From the NCBI GenBank assembly GCA_021613535.1, contig CP075493.1, positions 7,502,001 to 7,566,000 of the forward strand: a stretch of DNA of 64,000 bases, given 5' to 3'. Below are positions 1 to 12,215 of the stretch, piece after piece. The translations under genes were made by a program, and so were the position numbers. The stretch's first letter is position 1. Each line of letters opens with the position of its first letter. This DNA comes from Adineta vaga. Its lineage: Eukaryota; Animalia; Rotifera. The notes beneath the pieces were generated by a model. The model saw nothing but the letters and a program-made list of their open reading frames with translations, searched no databases and was not told the origin of the DNA.

Positions 1-327
1 AATGTTAATGTTTTACCATCAATTAACTGTCGAGTTTATATGGATATTCATTATGATGGAACGAAACAAGTTTGTGCTGCAGCTTTAGATTGGTCAAAAG
101 ATACTTGGTAAGATCAAGAATTTATTTGTAATTTAAAAAACATCGAAAATTGTTTTTTTAGTGCCGGTGATAGTGGTGGTCCTTTAATGTATCAAGAAAA
201 TGGTGGCTGGTCAATTGGTGGTATCACATCTTATGGTTATGGTTGTTCAAAACGTGGTTTTCCTGGTGTTTATACTCGTGCGTCATCATATTCGACATGG
301 ATTAAAGAAAGAATGTTAAGCAATTAG
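1..327 (+). CDS. Trypsin-like serine protease (S1), 3' end, truncated by window start
   Basis: Exons 1-107 and 162-327 (GT-AG intron) translate to ...[24 protein letters not shown]...[28 protein letters not shown]...stop. GDSGGP catalytic-serine motif and PGVYTR motif; Asp at the S1 position (KDTC) implies trypsin-like specificity. Confidence 0.93.
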
Positions 328-728
328 TCTGTCTTCTGGATATTTTTTTCTTTTTCCTCTACAAATAAATGACTATAAGAAAATTTCTTTATCACAACTA
401 AATGAAAACATGAAGCGTATTCTTTTCTTTATTTATGATATTCATCATACATATGTATTACAATAGTTGTTCTAATAGATAAGATTTCTACGCAACGGTA
501 AATAGAAACTGTGAATATTTCTCGTAGTAAAGAAGAAGAAGAAGAAGAAATACTGTTGAAATAACCTTGCTTCTTTTGTGTATGCGTTCTTCATCGTACG
601 CTTCAATTTAATCATATAACTGACTCATTTCTAATAATATACAAAAGAAAAAAAAGAAGAAAATACATTATATTATTTTAAAGTTCTTTCGAACTGATAA
701 TAATAATAATAATAATAATCACAATAGC

Positions 729-3117
729 ATGTTGAGAATTATTAATCAAATCCAGTCAAATTTTCAATATGTCCCATTGAAACAAGTAAATATTGATGCA
801 ACGATTAGTTCATTTGCTGCTGATGTAACAATCACACAAATTTTTCGTAATGATACAATATTGCCTATTGAAGCTATCTATTGTTTTCCAATTGAAGAAC
901 AAGCCGCTATTTATAATTTTACAGCTCGAATTGATCATCGAGAAATCATTGCACAATTAAAGGAAAAAGAAAATATTTATAGTGAATCTATTGATCATTC
1001 GTGTTCAAATAATCTTGGAACTTATTTCTTAGAACAAGACGAAAAATCTCAAGATAATTTTATTATCAATGTTGGTGCATTACCTCCATCCAAAGAATGC
1101 ACAATTATCATTTCTTATGTGACTGAATTAGATCTTATACAAGAATCAATTATTCGTTTTGTCATTCCGGCAACAATTGCTCCTCGCTATAGTCCACAAC
1201 GGAAAGGATTAGCTGAATCATTGAGAACAAAATCGAAATATGTTCAATCGAATCCATATGAAATTCATTTTCATTGTCGTATTGAGAAATTGAAAGGATC
1301 AAAACAAGAACCGTATATTGCTCGATTAACTTCCCCATCTCATCATGTTGATATTGATTTATCTCATCAAGATATATATTTAGTAACATTTGATCAAAAC
1401 AAGACTTATCTAGATCGTGATATTTTAATTGATATAAAATTATCAGATAAACGAGCAAATACATTTGTTATTTTCGAATCAAATGCTGCTATGGCTGCAG
1501 TGACACCATTTGAAGAAGATTGTTATTTAAATTTAGATCATAATCAAACAAACGAATTCATCTTTATTCTTGATTGTAGTAGTTCAATGAGAAATGAAAA
1601 TAAAATTGGATTAGCACGAGAAGCAATGTTATTCTTCTTAAGAAATTTACCACAAAATTGCTATTTTAATATTATTAAATTTGGAACCAGATATACTTGT
1701 TTATTCAATGAATCCATTGTTTTCTACAATAATGTTAATGTACACATTGCTGAGAAATTTATTAGCCAAATACGAGCAGATCTAGGTGGAACAGAAATCG
1801 TAAGTATCTAACCGTATTGATATGAAATTTTGTTATGTTTCTACCATTATCTTTAGCTTGCACCGTTACAATGGCTTGAGCGTCATCCTTCCACAAACTG
1901 ATCATGTTCGTCAAGTATTCCTGTTAACTGATGGTCAAATTTCAAATGTTTCCGAAGTGTTAGAATTATGTCGTTCGATGGTTTCATCAACACGAATATT
2001 TTCTTTTGGTTTAGGTGCAACACCTAGTCGAGCACTTGTCAAAGGTCTTGCACGAACAACAAATGGTCGTTTTGTTTTTATTCCACCAAATACAAATATT
2101 GATACGTATATTGGTGAACAATTACAAAAAGCTATTCGACGATGCATTACAAATGTGCATGTAGAATGGCATCTCGGTATCACAGTAGAAAATGTACCAA
2201 ATCAATTACCACCAGTTTATATCGATGATCGTTTAATTATTTATGCATTAACAAATAATCAATCGATACCAGTAACTTCAAAATCATCAATTGAAATTCG
2301 AACAGATCAAAGTTATTATCGATTAGATATTACGGAGTCAGATCGACTTATGACCAATAATAAAATGATTGAACGTCTTGCAGCAAAAGCTTTGATATTA
2401 CAATTGGAACATAGTAAAATTTCACGAATAAATTCGAAAAGAGTACACTTTCAACATCTTGATAATCAAAGTATTCAAACAAAACAAACATGGAAACAAC
2501 GTATTATTGATTTATCATTACGATATAACATTCTCAGTCCATATACCGCTTTTGTTGGTATCGAAAAAAATTTGCCGGATAGCAGCTATACGAGTATGAT
2601 TTATCGTGAAGTTCCAATTGAAATATTTGTCCCATCAATAGAAAAAACTGTTGCAAATATCAAGCCAACTAATTCAACTTCGAGTCAATATTTAATCCGA
2701 GAAAATCTATCGCATTCTTATACATCTACTTCACCATGGTCGTTGCCTACCACGAAGAATATGCATATCGATCGAAATGAAGCGATTGATTTCACCGATG
2801 CAAAAAATACTATTTATTATCTAATGCGAAAGCAAGCACCGGATGGTCTTTGGTGTTTTGTTTCAAATAACAGAGCAATTAAAGATCTAACTGGTAAATC
2901 ACTTGTCACTTTTCAAACATCTGAAACTTATAGTAATCCTTCGATTATTGTCACAGCAATTATTATGATATTACTCGAATCGAAATTTTCTGCTTTACGT
3001 TCAATGTGGGAAGATATGTTTGAAAATGGACGACGACAATTGATCAATTTATTGAATAATGATTGGAGAAAATTAGTAATCCTTTTTCGAGATATTAGGT
3101 TAATTTTGAATGAATAA
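729..3117 (+). CDS. VIT + von Willebrand A domain protein (VWA5A/BCSC-1-like); carries an apparent +1 frameshift near 1890
   Basis: VIT motif (PIEAIYCFPIEEQAAIYNFTARID), vWA MIDAS (FILDCSSSM, GGTEI, FLLTDG, IFSFGLG) and C-terminal LSPYTAFVGIE. Intron 1800-1856. Spliced frame reads LAPLQWLERHPSTN-stop unless one base is removed at ~1890. Confidence 0.85.
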
Positions 3118-6100
3118 TAGTGCTTTTTATTGTATCATATTGCTATTCGGAATTTTCCGTTCTAATAGTGAAATAAACTTAGTAGGAAATGTTCTCAAAT
3201 ACTGAAAAATCATTGCTTCATGGTTGACAGATATATATATATATATATTTATGTAGCGAACAGTCGATTCATCACCACAATAATGAAGAGTGAAAAAAAA
3301 GCAAAAACTAAATGATTTCTCGTTCTTTCCTGAAAAACACCTATGGCGAAACAAATGTTTGTTGTATCTAAAGCAGCTGTTCTTGAATGCATTGATATAT
3401 CATATGATTTTCTCTCCTATTGTTATTTTATTGTAAAAACGTTAATGAAATTTCACTCTTATTTCGATAGATAAAAATAGACATTTCAAATAGTAAGAAA
3501 AAAAGCTCGATATCAACGGAAGATTAGCTTTATTCAATGCCGAATATCGTTCGTACAATAAACTGTCACAATTACTCTGGTATATTTGATAAGCGAACAA
3601 TAGAGTACTCTTTTTAATGAACCTATGTCCCGATGAAAACAAATCTGCAATTAGACGAACTAAATGCGTACGTGGGAAAAAAAGAGATGTGATTATCTTC
3701 GTAAGCTGATACCGATGTCTATGTGGCCTGAAATTACTACATATCCTGTTTGTGTTGCAGATTTAATACGAACTTATGATTTATATTATTTGTTTTTTAT
3801 ATACATATCATCTTAAATTCTTACATAAGTTTTCACAATAAAGAAATTGGTAAATATATATATATACTATCTCTTTTTCTAGAATGTCTGCAACTGTCTA
3901 TAACGACTTGATGAATTCTAAATTGACTTAAAATTTTACAAAATTGAATCAAATCATAATGAAACTGGAAAAGAAAGTCATGATCACTTTTTCATATTCG
4001 GTGAAGAAAACACGACTAAACATGTATATTAGTATGCAAATAGAACAGATTTATTTATCTCTCTTGATATCAATTTCTAAGGAAACTGAATAATCTATGA
4101 TAGTTGTTATCTATTTTTGGAAGACGTTAATAAAACAAACAAGTTCGTGTCAAGATTAGTTTCTCTTAGGACATTATTAAATATAGTTACAATAAGTATG
4201 TCGATTATATAAAAACAACTTTGTATCAATACTATTTTGCTTTTCTTCTGACATCAATATCTCAAAACAAGTATTTCAACAAGTGAAGTAGACATCAATA
4301 ATCAATGTAAACAAATTCATCCTATTCGTTTTTCGATCTATTGTTTCTCTCTAGAACGGTGATATATATATATATATATATAACCTTGACTAGGGCAAGT
4401 GACAGAAAAAGAGAAGAGGTAAGCAAAGAACATGCGGGTAATTGGGATCATTGCCGTTTTCTCTCATTTTTTTTCAAGGTCCTTCCATGCATGACACAAT
4501 ATATAGTGTTGTTCTTTGTCTGTATGTCTGCTTAGATCGACGACGAGCCTGGAGAAAATAGAATACTGGAAAAATATGTAATGCCTCGATTTCCAGGCAT
4601 CAATGATGATGTTGAGGAGGAGGAGAAGAAGAAGAAGAAGAGAAGGAGGAGGAGGAGGAGGATTGTTGTTGTTTATTGTTGAAGGTCATCTATTTCTTTG
4701 ATTTTCTTAGCATGTCGATGATAATATATGAACGATAAACATTTTCTAAGTAATTGAGAATAATGAACAATTCGAGACATAGTTTACTTTCGTCATTTCA
4801 ATACATACATTGTCATCTCTATTGTTATTTTGAGAACTCCTTCTAGAAAGATCAAGATCAATTGTATCGGTGCATTTGAGAAAAACATCATAGGCATTTC
4901 AATTACTTTTATTTTATTCTTTGAAGTTGTATCTACTGGTATAACAAGAGAAAAGAAAGAAACCTTCGAGAAATCCAGGGTTCTGTTTGCATCGAGAGAC
5001 TTCTTGTTACTTATGTGTGTTTCTCGTTGAGTAGTGTACTTCGAAGAGGAAAAAATCTAGCAAAAAAAGAGAAAAAAACCGAGAGGAAGACAGAAAGAAA
5101 GGAGCAAGTAACGATCCTGTATGTGCGTGTGTGCTTGCACAGCAGCGAGAAATAAAACACCGTGGTGTTACCAAAACAGTAGAGGCGCTGTCGCTCTAGT
5201 GTAAGAGCGAGAATGAAGATGTTCTTTATACTGACACTGTCATCCTTATTGATATTTTGGCACAATGATCGTTGGTTCAACAAGTTGTGAACTATTATCG
5301 TTATCATTGTTCATTCAGCTAAATTTTTTTAATCAACTAACGTATATTCTCTCGTCAATATTATATTGTGGTATGTTCTTGTTTTTTTCTTCTTCTTCGT
5401 ACTTTTCATAGTAAGATAAAAAGGTTTTTTCTCAATGATATCGATAGTTGAACATTTATAGTCTACAGTCATGATTTTACTTCTTTTCTCTTTCTAATTA
5501 TTCTTAAATCCTTCGATCATATCAAATTTCCGACCAGGTCCAAGGTTGACACTAGACAAAAAAAAGATTTTAATACTCTTTCATAGTTATTTTCTCGTTT
5601 CTGTTATGTAAGTTGCTATAAATGATTATCCAGGCTTATGTATACACACATATCTGCATTTTCCAGGTATATATATCATATTCATTCATTCTCGTGACAA
5701 TGCAAAGAAACATGATATAACTGTTAAAAGCGACTGAAATTTATCGTCCAAAAACAGAATCAGTTCATTGTGTTTTTTTTTGTTATATAGACAGGTCAAA
5801 GAATACAATACTCACATACGTAAAATAGAAAGTTTTATTGACTTTTTTCCTGAGTATAATCTTCTTCATTTAGAGTTCTTTTCATCATCTATCATTAGAG
5901 AAAAAACTAATAAATGTCCTATACGTAACCTCTAAATACAAATGTTCTTTTTTTCTCTCCAAGTTTAAATATTCATTTGAATATTGCCGTCAGAATGTAT
6001 GAATTATTTCTCATACAAAATATTTTATTATGTTTAGTCAAGAAAAGAAAGCTTTTGAATTAATTTCAAAAATGAAACGAAAGTCTGTTATAAAAAATAG

Positions 6101-6299
6101 AATATTTTACGTCAAATAAGAATATAAAAGTCAGAAACCGCAATAATAAAATAAATTATTCTTTTCATACATTTTTCTTATCATTATTTGACACTCTTTG
6201 ACGATGAAAAAAAAACATTAAGAAGAAAAACTTGCACGCGTTCACACATAACACATATAGAATAGGTAGTTGTAAGTTTTTCCAAGTCAATACGATTTT

Positions 6300-6944
6300 C
6301 TATTGTGTATTAGGTGTTACACTTAGTCGTGGAGTTTTCAATGAAGATCTTTCACGTCGTGTGAGCGTCATTGGTGTATAGATACGTTCAGCTTCTTGTC
6401 TTTCTTCGAGTGATACTTGTCGATCATCAAGCATAATCAAACGTGGCAGTTGACTGATAACATAATATCGATAGTCAGTATATTGTTTAAATGATCCTCC
6501 ATTGAAAAAACTCGGCGCAGCAGGATTATTCATCATACTTAAATATTTTAATTGTGGACAATGTTTCGCTAAAGTTTGAATAAATACACTTAAATTATTA
6601 ATTTGATTATGATTAATCCAAAGTGTATGTAACATATCTAAATGAGGAATTTTTACATTTGAATTGATTCGATTTTTATCAAGAATTAATGTTTGAAGAT
6701 TAGAAAAATCGATAAGAAAACGAAGATCTTCCAAATTATTCTCAGTCAGATCAAGATATTCGATTAGATGTTTAGCATGAGGTAATAATTGATCAGGTAT
6801 TGAATCCAAACCTTGATAAGCAAATGATAATTTCTTTTCAGCTTCATTCCTAATTGTAGAAAAGACAAATCAATCGGAATTATAAATAATAGAAATGAAA
6901 TCATTTTCTCACTACTTTGCTCTTATTCGATTTATTGTTGCCAT
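6300..6944 (-). CDS. LRMDA: Leucine-rich melanocyte differentiation-associated (LRMDA/C10orf11)-like short LRR protein
   Basis: Short first exon MATINRIRAK spliced to NEAEKKLSFAYQGLDSIP, then three LRRs (LDLTENNL, LILDKNRI, LWINHNQI) and an LRRcap (LSMMNNPAAP...DYRYYVISQLPRLIMLDDRQVSLEERQEA). Confidence 0.8.
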
Positions 6945-7423
6945 AATTATTATGTATGTCGCAAGTACGAAATAAAAATAGACTTTTCCGTTTTTTTTTT
7001 TATTGACTATAGTTAAGACTTAGATAAGAATGACTAAGTATGTGTAGTCAGCATTGTTTTTGTTTTCATCATCATCATTATTTTTCTTTTTTTCTTTTTG
7101 CTTATTTTGTTGATGATGGCCAAACATCGAACGGTGCAATGCTCGATGCAACAAAGAGGGAAAAAATGAGAAGGAAGAGGACGATGTGATAGAGAGAGGC
7201 AGAGAGAGAGAAAAAAAGGGTTTTTCAAGATTTCCCTTCCTCGTTGATGCTACGCGTGTGAAAGAACGATGCCGTTACGAGGCATTGGGAAGAGGAAAAC
7301 ATTTCATGAAAGCAGTACGAGAAAGAACCGAACGACAGAAGCGTGTAATCAAACGACACGCAGACGCATAACAGTTGGCAATTTTGTTTGAATCATAGAA
7401 AACTAAGGAAAACACACAACGTA

Positions 7424-10400
7424 ATGGCTTATCAGCAGCTGGATGCTCGTAATACCAGTAATGTTATTGATGACTATCGAAAGTAGGTTCATGATTTCTA
7501 TTTCAAATCATCTACACTTGATGGATTGTTATTTATCATACATATTAGTCTAATTCATAGATACGAATGGTAAAAGTCATATCAAACAATATAGTTTAGT
7601 CGTAACTATGTCTGGAATGTATATGTCGCGAACGATAGAACTAACTTATCTGACAAAGAAAAACCGTCTCTTTCTTTTTCATTCTTTTCTCTTATTTTGA
7701 CGGGTTATGTCCGCCCAGCTGGTATCATGTGGGTGTTTGATAGAATGAATAATCAATCGTTAACTTGTTATTGAGTCTTGGAAATATTTTCTTTTGCACA
7801 AAACTAAAACTAAAATTCGATATGACAGATAAAAAAAACTATCTTTTTTTGTCCTTTTTAGATCAACGATGAATCCGGCCAAACCATCCAAAGATAAAGA
7901 ATCACCCGGAGCAAGTTCTTCTAGTCAAGTTACTTTCGTATGTTCAATAATAAACTACAACTAATCATCGATAGTTTACAACATTGATTTTATTCGTTTT
8001 ATTTAGGCTGGTATTAAATCTGTTAGCAAGAAAGAATTACGTGGTGGTCGAATCCGAGCTGAAGTAGTAAGTTTTGAAATAGTTCAGTTTTAGGTTTCAA
8101 TTATACTGATGAATATATTTAAGTGTCCCTAGTTCAATTGATAAGTGAGACGTTTTCTTTTTCTATTTATTAACATGAGGTGATTAGATGCCTTCATCAT
8201 CATCTTATTTTCTCCTTCCTTTTCCGCTTAACAAATTGCATGCTTTAGAAATTTTGTATTGCTTTTATGACAAAAAGAAAAAGTTTTCTTTTTTTTTCCT
8301 TCTTCTTCTTCTCTTTTATATGCGTGTTTTGAACGAGAAATACATTCTAACACAACAAAGAGAAGAAGAAATAATCATAATGGAACACAGTCTATGTCGC
8401 ACGTCCATGTTCTATCTATCGTTACAGCATCGAATCGAACTGTTGATGTTTGGAGAAAAAGCAAAAAAAACACAGAGACATGAAGAACGACAAAGAAGAG
8501 ACAAATATGTCTTAGTTCTTTTTTGCATCTGCATGACGACAGATATTTCTTTCTATTTCTTCTATTCTGTATGAGTACTCAAGTTGTCTTCATTCTATCT
8601 GTCGATCAGTCAGCTAAGAGTAGAGAAAGTAAAGGAAGAAAATATTCTATTTCTGTTTCTCGTATTGTTGATGTTACTAGTGCCAATCTATCGAACAGTT
8701 ATCATCTATTAACTGTACAGTGAGGTCATTTACCATTTACTCTTTATTTCATCATTGTACATCACTATTATTTATCGACATTCAATTGAGTATTAATCGT
8801 TTTATTTTCTTGATTTCGAGAGAGAGGGAGAGTGAGAGAAGACAACTATTTTTTCATTATAAAACACACAAAGAAAACAACGATGTTACGCGATATACAT
8901 CCGTTCAAATCATTGACGTCACGAATTGCTGCAAATGCCAAACAAACCGTAAGTTGATCTGAAAAGATTACAAATTCAGATATCATTTGGCATGAGAAAA
9001 ACTTTATTAAACTCGATTTCTACCCACACAGATAGATTTCCTATTGCATTTCTCTCTTTTCTTTTTATTATTGCTTCGACAGACACAATAGTATTTTAAT
9101 GAAGGAAAAACAGGAAGATAGTTTATTCATTGTATTGAATAATAATTTGTATTTATATTCGAAATGGAATGTTGTCGACGTATTTTGAAAATATAGAAAG
9201 AATAATGTGTGGGTGGAAATAGTATTGTTAATGAGTTTTACATGAAATAACCCCAAACATATAATAGATCTATCTGTTTATGATAGCAGCTGTCTTGAAG
9301 ATGCTTATCATTCATTCTGTTTCGGTAAATTTATTGCAATCATTATCTCACAAATTGCTTTCATATCATAAAATCTTTAGCATGAATTTTATGTTTATCT
9401 TAGGATATCAATCGAGAAATACAAAATTGTCGTGATGAACAAAGTGAACGATTCGATTTAAGTAAAAGTAGTGTTACAATTCTACCAAATACAATTAAAG
9501 AAGTGAGAAAATGCTGAATTTCTTAATCGGTTTTTTTTCATGTTTCTCTTCGTTAGTTAACACACGTTCGAGAATTATATTTATATAGTAATCGTATTCA
9601 ACAGTTACCACCTGAAATTGGCAATTTAGTTAATTTAAAAGTCTTGGCTTTAAGTGAAAATTCTTTAACAACACTACCGGATACAATGGATCGTCTTGTT
9701 CAATTGAAAGTATTAGATCTACGACATAATCGATTTAATGATGTAAATAAGAAGAGGAAAAAAATGAATCAGATTTATTTTTTATATTCATTTTTAGATT
9801 CCTGAAGTTATTTATCGAATAACAAGTCTTACAACACTTTATTTACGTTTTAATCGAATTAAAGAAGTATCTGATACAATTCGAAATCTAGTCGTAAGTA
9901 CACAAAAGCTATTCATTTATATTAAATGTTTATTTGACCTATTATTGAATAGAATTTACAAATGTTAAGTTTACGTGAAAATCGTATTCGTTCGTTACCA
10001 ATAACTGTTGGTCATCTTGTACAATTATTAACACTTGATGTTGCACATAATCATCTTGAACATTTACCAAATGAAATAGGTTTGTCTTTTTTCGAATGAC
10101 TAAACATTTTCTCGAATATCTTTTGTTATTTTAGGAAATTGTGCACAATTAACAACACTAGATTTAACTCACAATGAACTTATTGATCTCCCAGAATTAA
10201 TAGGCAATCTTAAAAATCTTAGTCGATTATTGATCAGATACAATCGTCTCTCCACCATTCCACCATCATTAGCAAATTGTTCGAAACTTGATGAATTCAA
10301 CATCGAAGGAAATAATGTTTCACAATTACCAGTTCGTTTTTTTACTTCTTCTTCTTCTTCTTTCTAGTTTAATCTTGATTTTTATTTCCCTTAGGACGGA

Positions 10401-11443
10401 CTTCTATCCAGTTTAGTACATTTAAATACAATTTCATTAGCACGAAATAATTTCAATTCATTTCCATTGGGTGGACCAACACAATTTACATCTGTACATT
10501 CAATTAATATGGAATGTAATACAATTGATAAAATTCCATTTTCAATATTTTCCTTAGCTAAATATTTATCAAAATTAAACATGAGAGAAAATGCCTTAAC
10601 ATCTTTACCATTAGGTAAATCATTTCGTTTATTTCTCGTCTTCTAAATTCATTGTTTCCATATAGATATTGGTTCTTGGACAGCATTAGTGGAATTGAAT
10701 TTAGCAACAAATCAATTAACTGTTATACCAGAAGATATAAAAAATCTACAAAATTTAGAAGTGTTAATCATGTCGAATAATCAATTGAAGGTACATAAAT
10801 ATATAACATAATGTTGAAATGATAGAATACTAATTTTCTCTATATTTCTTATAGCGCATACCTCCATCATTGGGTCAATTACGAAAACTACGGCATTTAG
10901 ATTTGGAAGAAAATAAACTTGATTCTCTCCCTCAGGAAATAGGTAAGTTAGATGAATCTTCACGTGCAATCATGTCATGTCTATTATCATTAGGTTATTT
11001 ACGCGAATTAACTCGATTAATTGTTGCATCAAATCAATTGACTCAATTGCCTCGTTCTATTGGGTAAAGAAATTTCTTAAAAATTTTAAAAAAACTGTAT
11101 TCTCTGTTTCTAGATCATTATCAAATCTAACACATTTAAATGTTGGTGAAAACAATCTAAGTTTATTACCAGAAGATGTTGGTCAATTAGAAAAACTCGA
11201 ACAACTTTATATCAATGATAATCCTAATTTAGATGTCCTTCCTTATGAATTAGCATTATGTACGAATTTACAAATAATGAGCATCGAAAATTGTCCACTT
11301 AGGAGTTTACCACAAGAAATAGTAGCAGGTGGACCTTCTCTTGTGATACAAGTAAAAAGCTTTTATTATTTACTGAAAAATCTCTTAAACTTCTTGATTT
11401 GATTTAGTTTCTCAAAGTACAAGGACCGTTTAATTTAAATTAA
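7424..11443 (+). CDS. SHOC2: Leucine-rich repeat scaffold SHOC2/Sur-8 (multi-exon)
   Basis: Phase-consistent exons give [28 protein letters not shown]...[18 protein letters not shown]...[11 protein letters not shown]...FPLGGPTQF...[46 protein letters not shown], matching known SHOC2 sequence features. N-terminal SQVTF is RVxF-like. Confidence 0.95.
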
Positions 11444-11635
11444 TGCAGTCTTACAACTGTGTATTTTGTTTCGTTTTTAACTTTGGATGTGTTAGTCAAT
11501 TCGGTGTTTTTCTTCTCTTGAACCGGTCAATGTATTTTGATTTCGTTTTTTGTTTCTTATGATTGTTTTCCTTTGAACAAAGAAATTTGATAAAACAATG
11601 AAAATATTTTCTTTGCGCTAGACATTCTATTCACC

Positions 11636-11638
<3 letters not shown>

Positions 11639-11672
<34 letters not shown>
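11639..11672. repeat. (TC)17 microsatellite in SHOC2 3' region
   Basis: Uninterrupted TC dinucleotide run seen directly. Confidence 0.95.
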
Positions 11673-11676
<4 letters not shown>

Positions 11677-12215
11677 GTTTCTAAATGTATATACGAGTAT
11701 TTGTAATCTTTTATACTCTGGATATATATGTCTATGTGCAAAATTTCTTCGGCATTTTCTCGCGATTTCAAACACACATTTCGAACATTTAAAACCGTAT
11801 TCGCCTTCTTCTTCTTCTTCTTCTTTTTTCTCTTTCTCATCTGTTGTTGGTGCGTTTAGAATTTATTTTTCTGCTCGTGGATTCTACTAGTCAGAAGTAA
11901 TCTATGTTTGTATATGTACGAGAGAGTTTACTATGATATAATTGTTTGTTTTTTCTCTTTTTTTGCTCTTGATGTTCTTTTTTTTGATGATCTTATCATG
12001 ACAAAAATCACCTCTGAAATATTCGACATTTACACATTATTTTAAGCAAATTATTTTTACAGACATACAATATTAACGTAGTACATTTGAATTGATTGTA
12101 AGACATCAGATCTGTAATATATATGAAGAATAAACTCATTTTATTTCTTTAATATAACATATCATAGAGAAGAGAAAGGGAAAAAATACAGTGCAACAAA
12201 ATTCTGATTAAATTT

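Noticed and set aside
1162-2183. Antisense ORFs within the VWA5A-like gene (and similar shadow ORFs over SHOC2, RBM8A, eIF6, PHPT1)
   Set aside because: They overlap well-supported genes, have no recognisable motifs and are expected by-products of codon bias.
4547-4598. GCCTGGA/TCCAGGC inverted repeat as a pre-miRNA
   Set aside because: Only the outer 7-9 bp pair; the centre has many mismatches.
7034-8723. Several 60-130 aa ORFs rich in F/L/K/R/E
   Set aside because: They are translations of microsatellite and poly-purine/pyrimidine tracts in promoter and intron DNA.
9068-9091. TTATTGCTTCGACAGACAC resembling miR-137
   Set aside because: Seed-only similarity and no complementary arm to form a hairpin.
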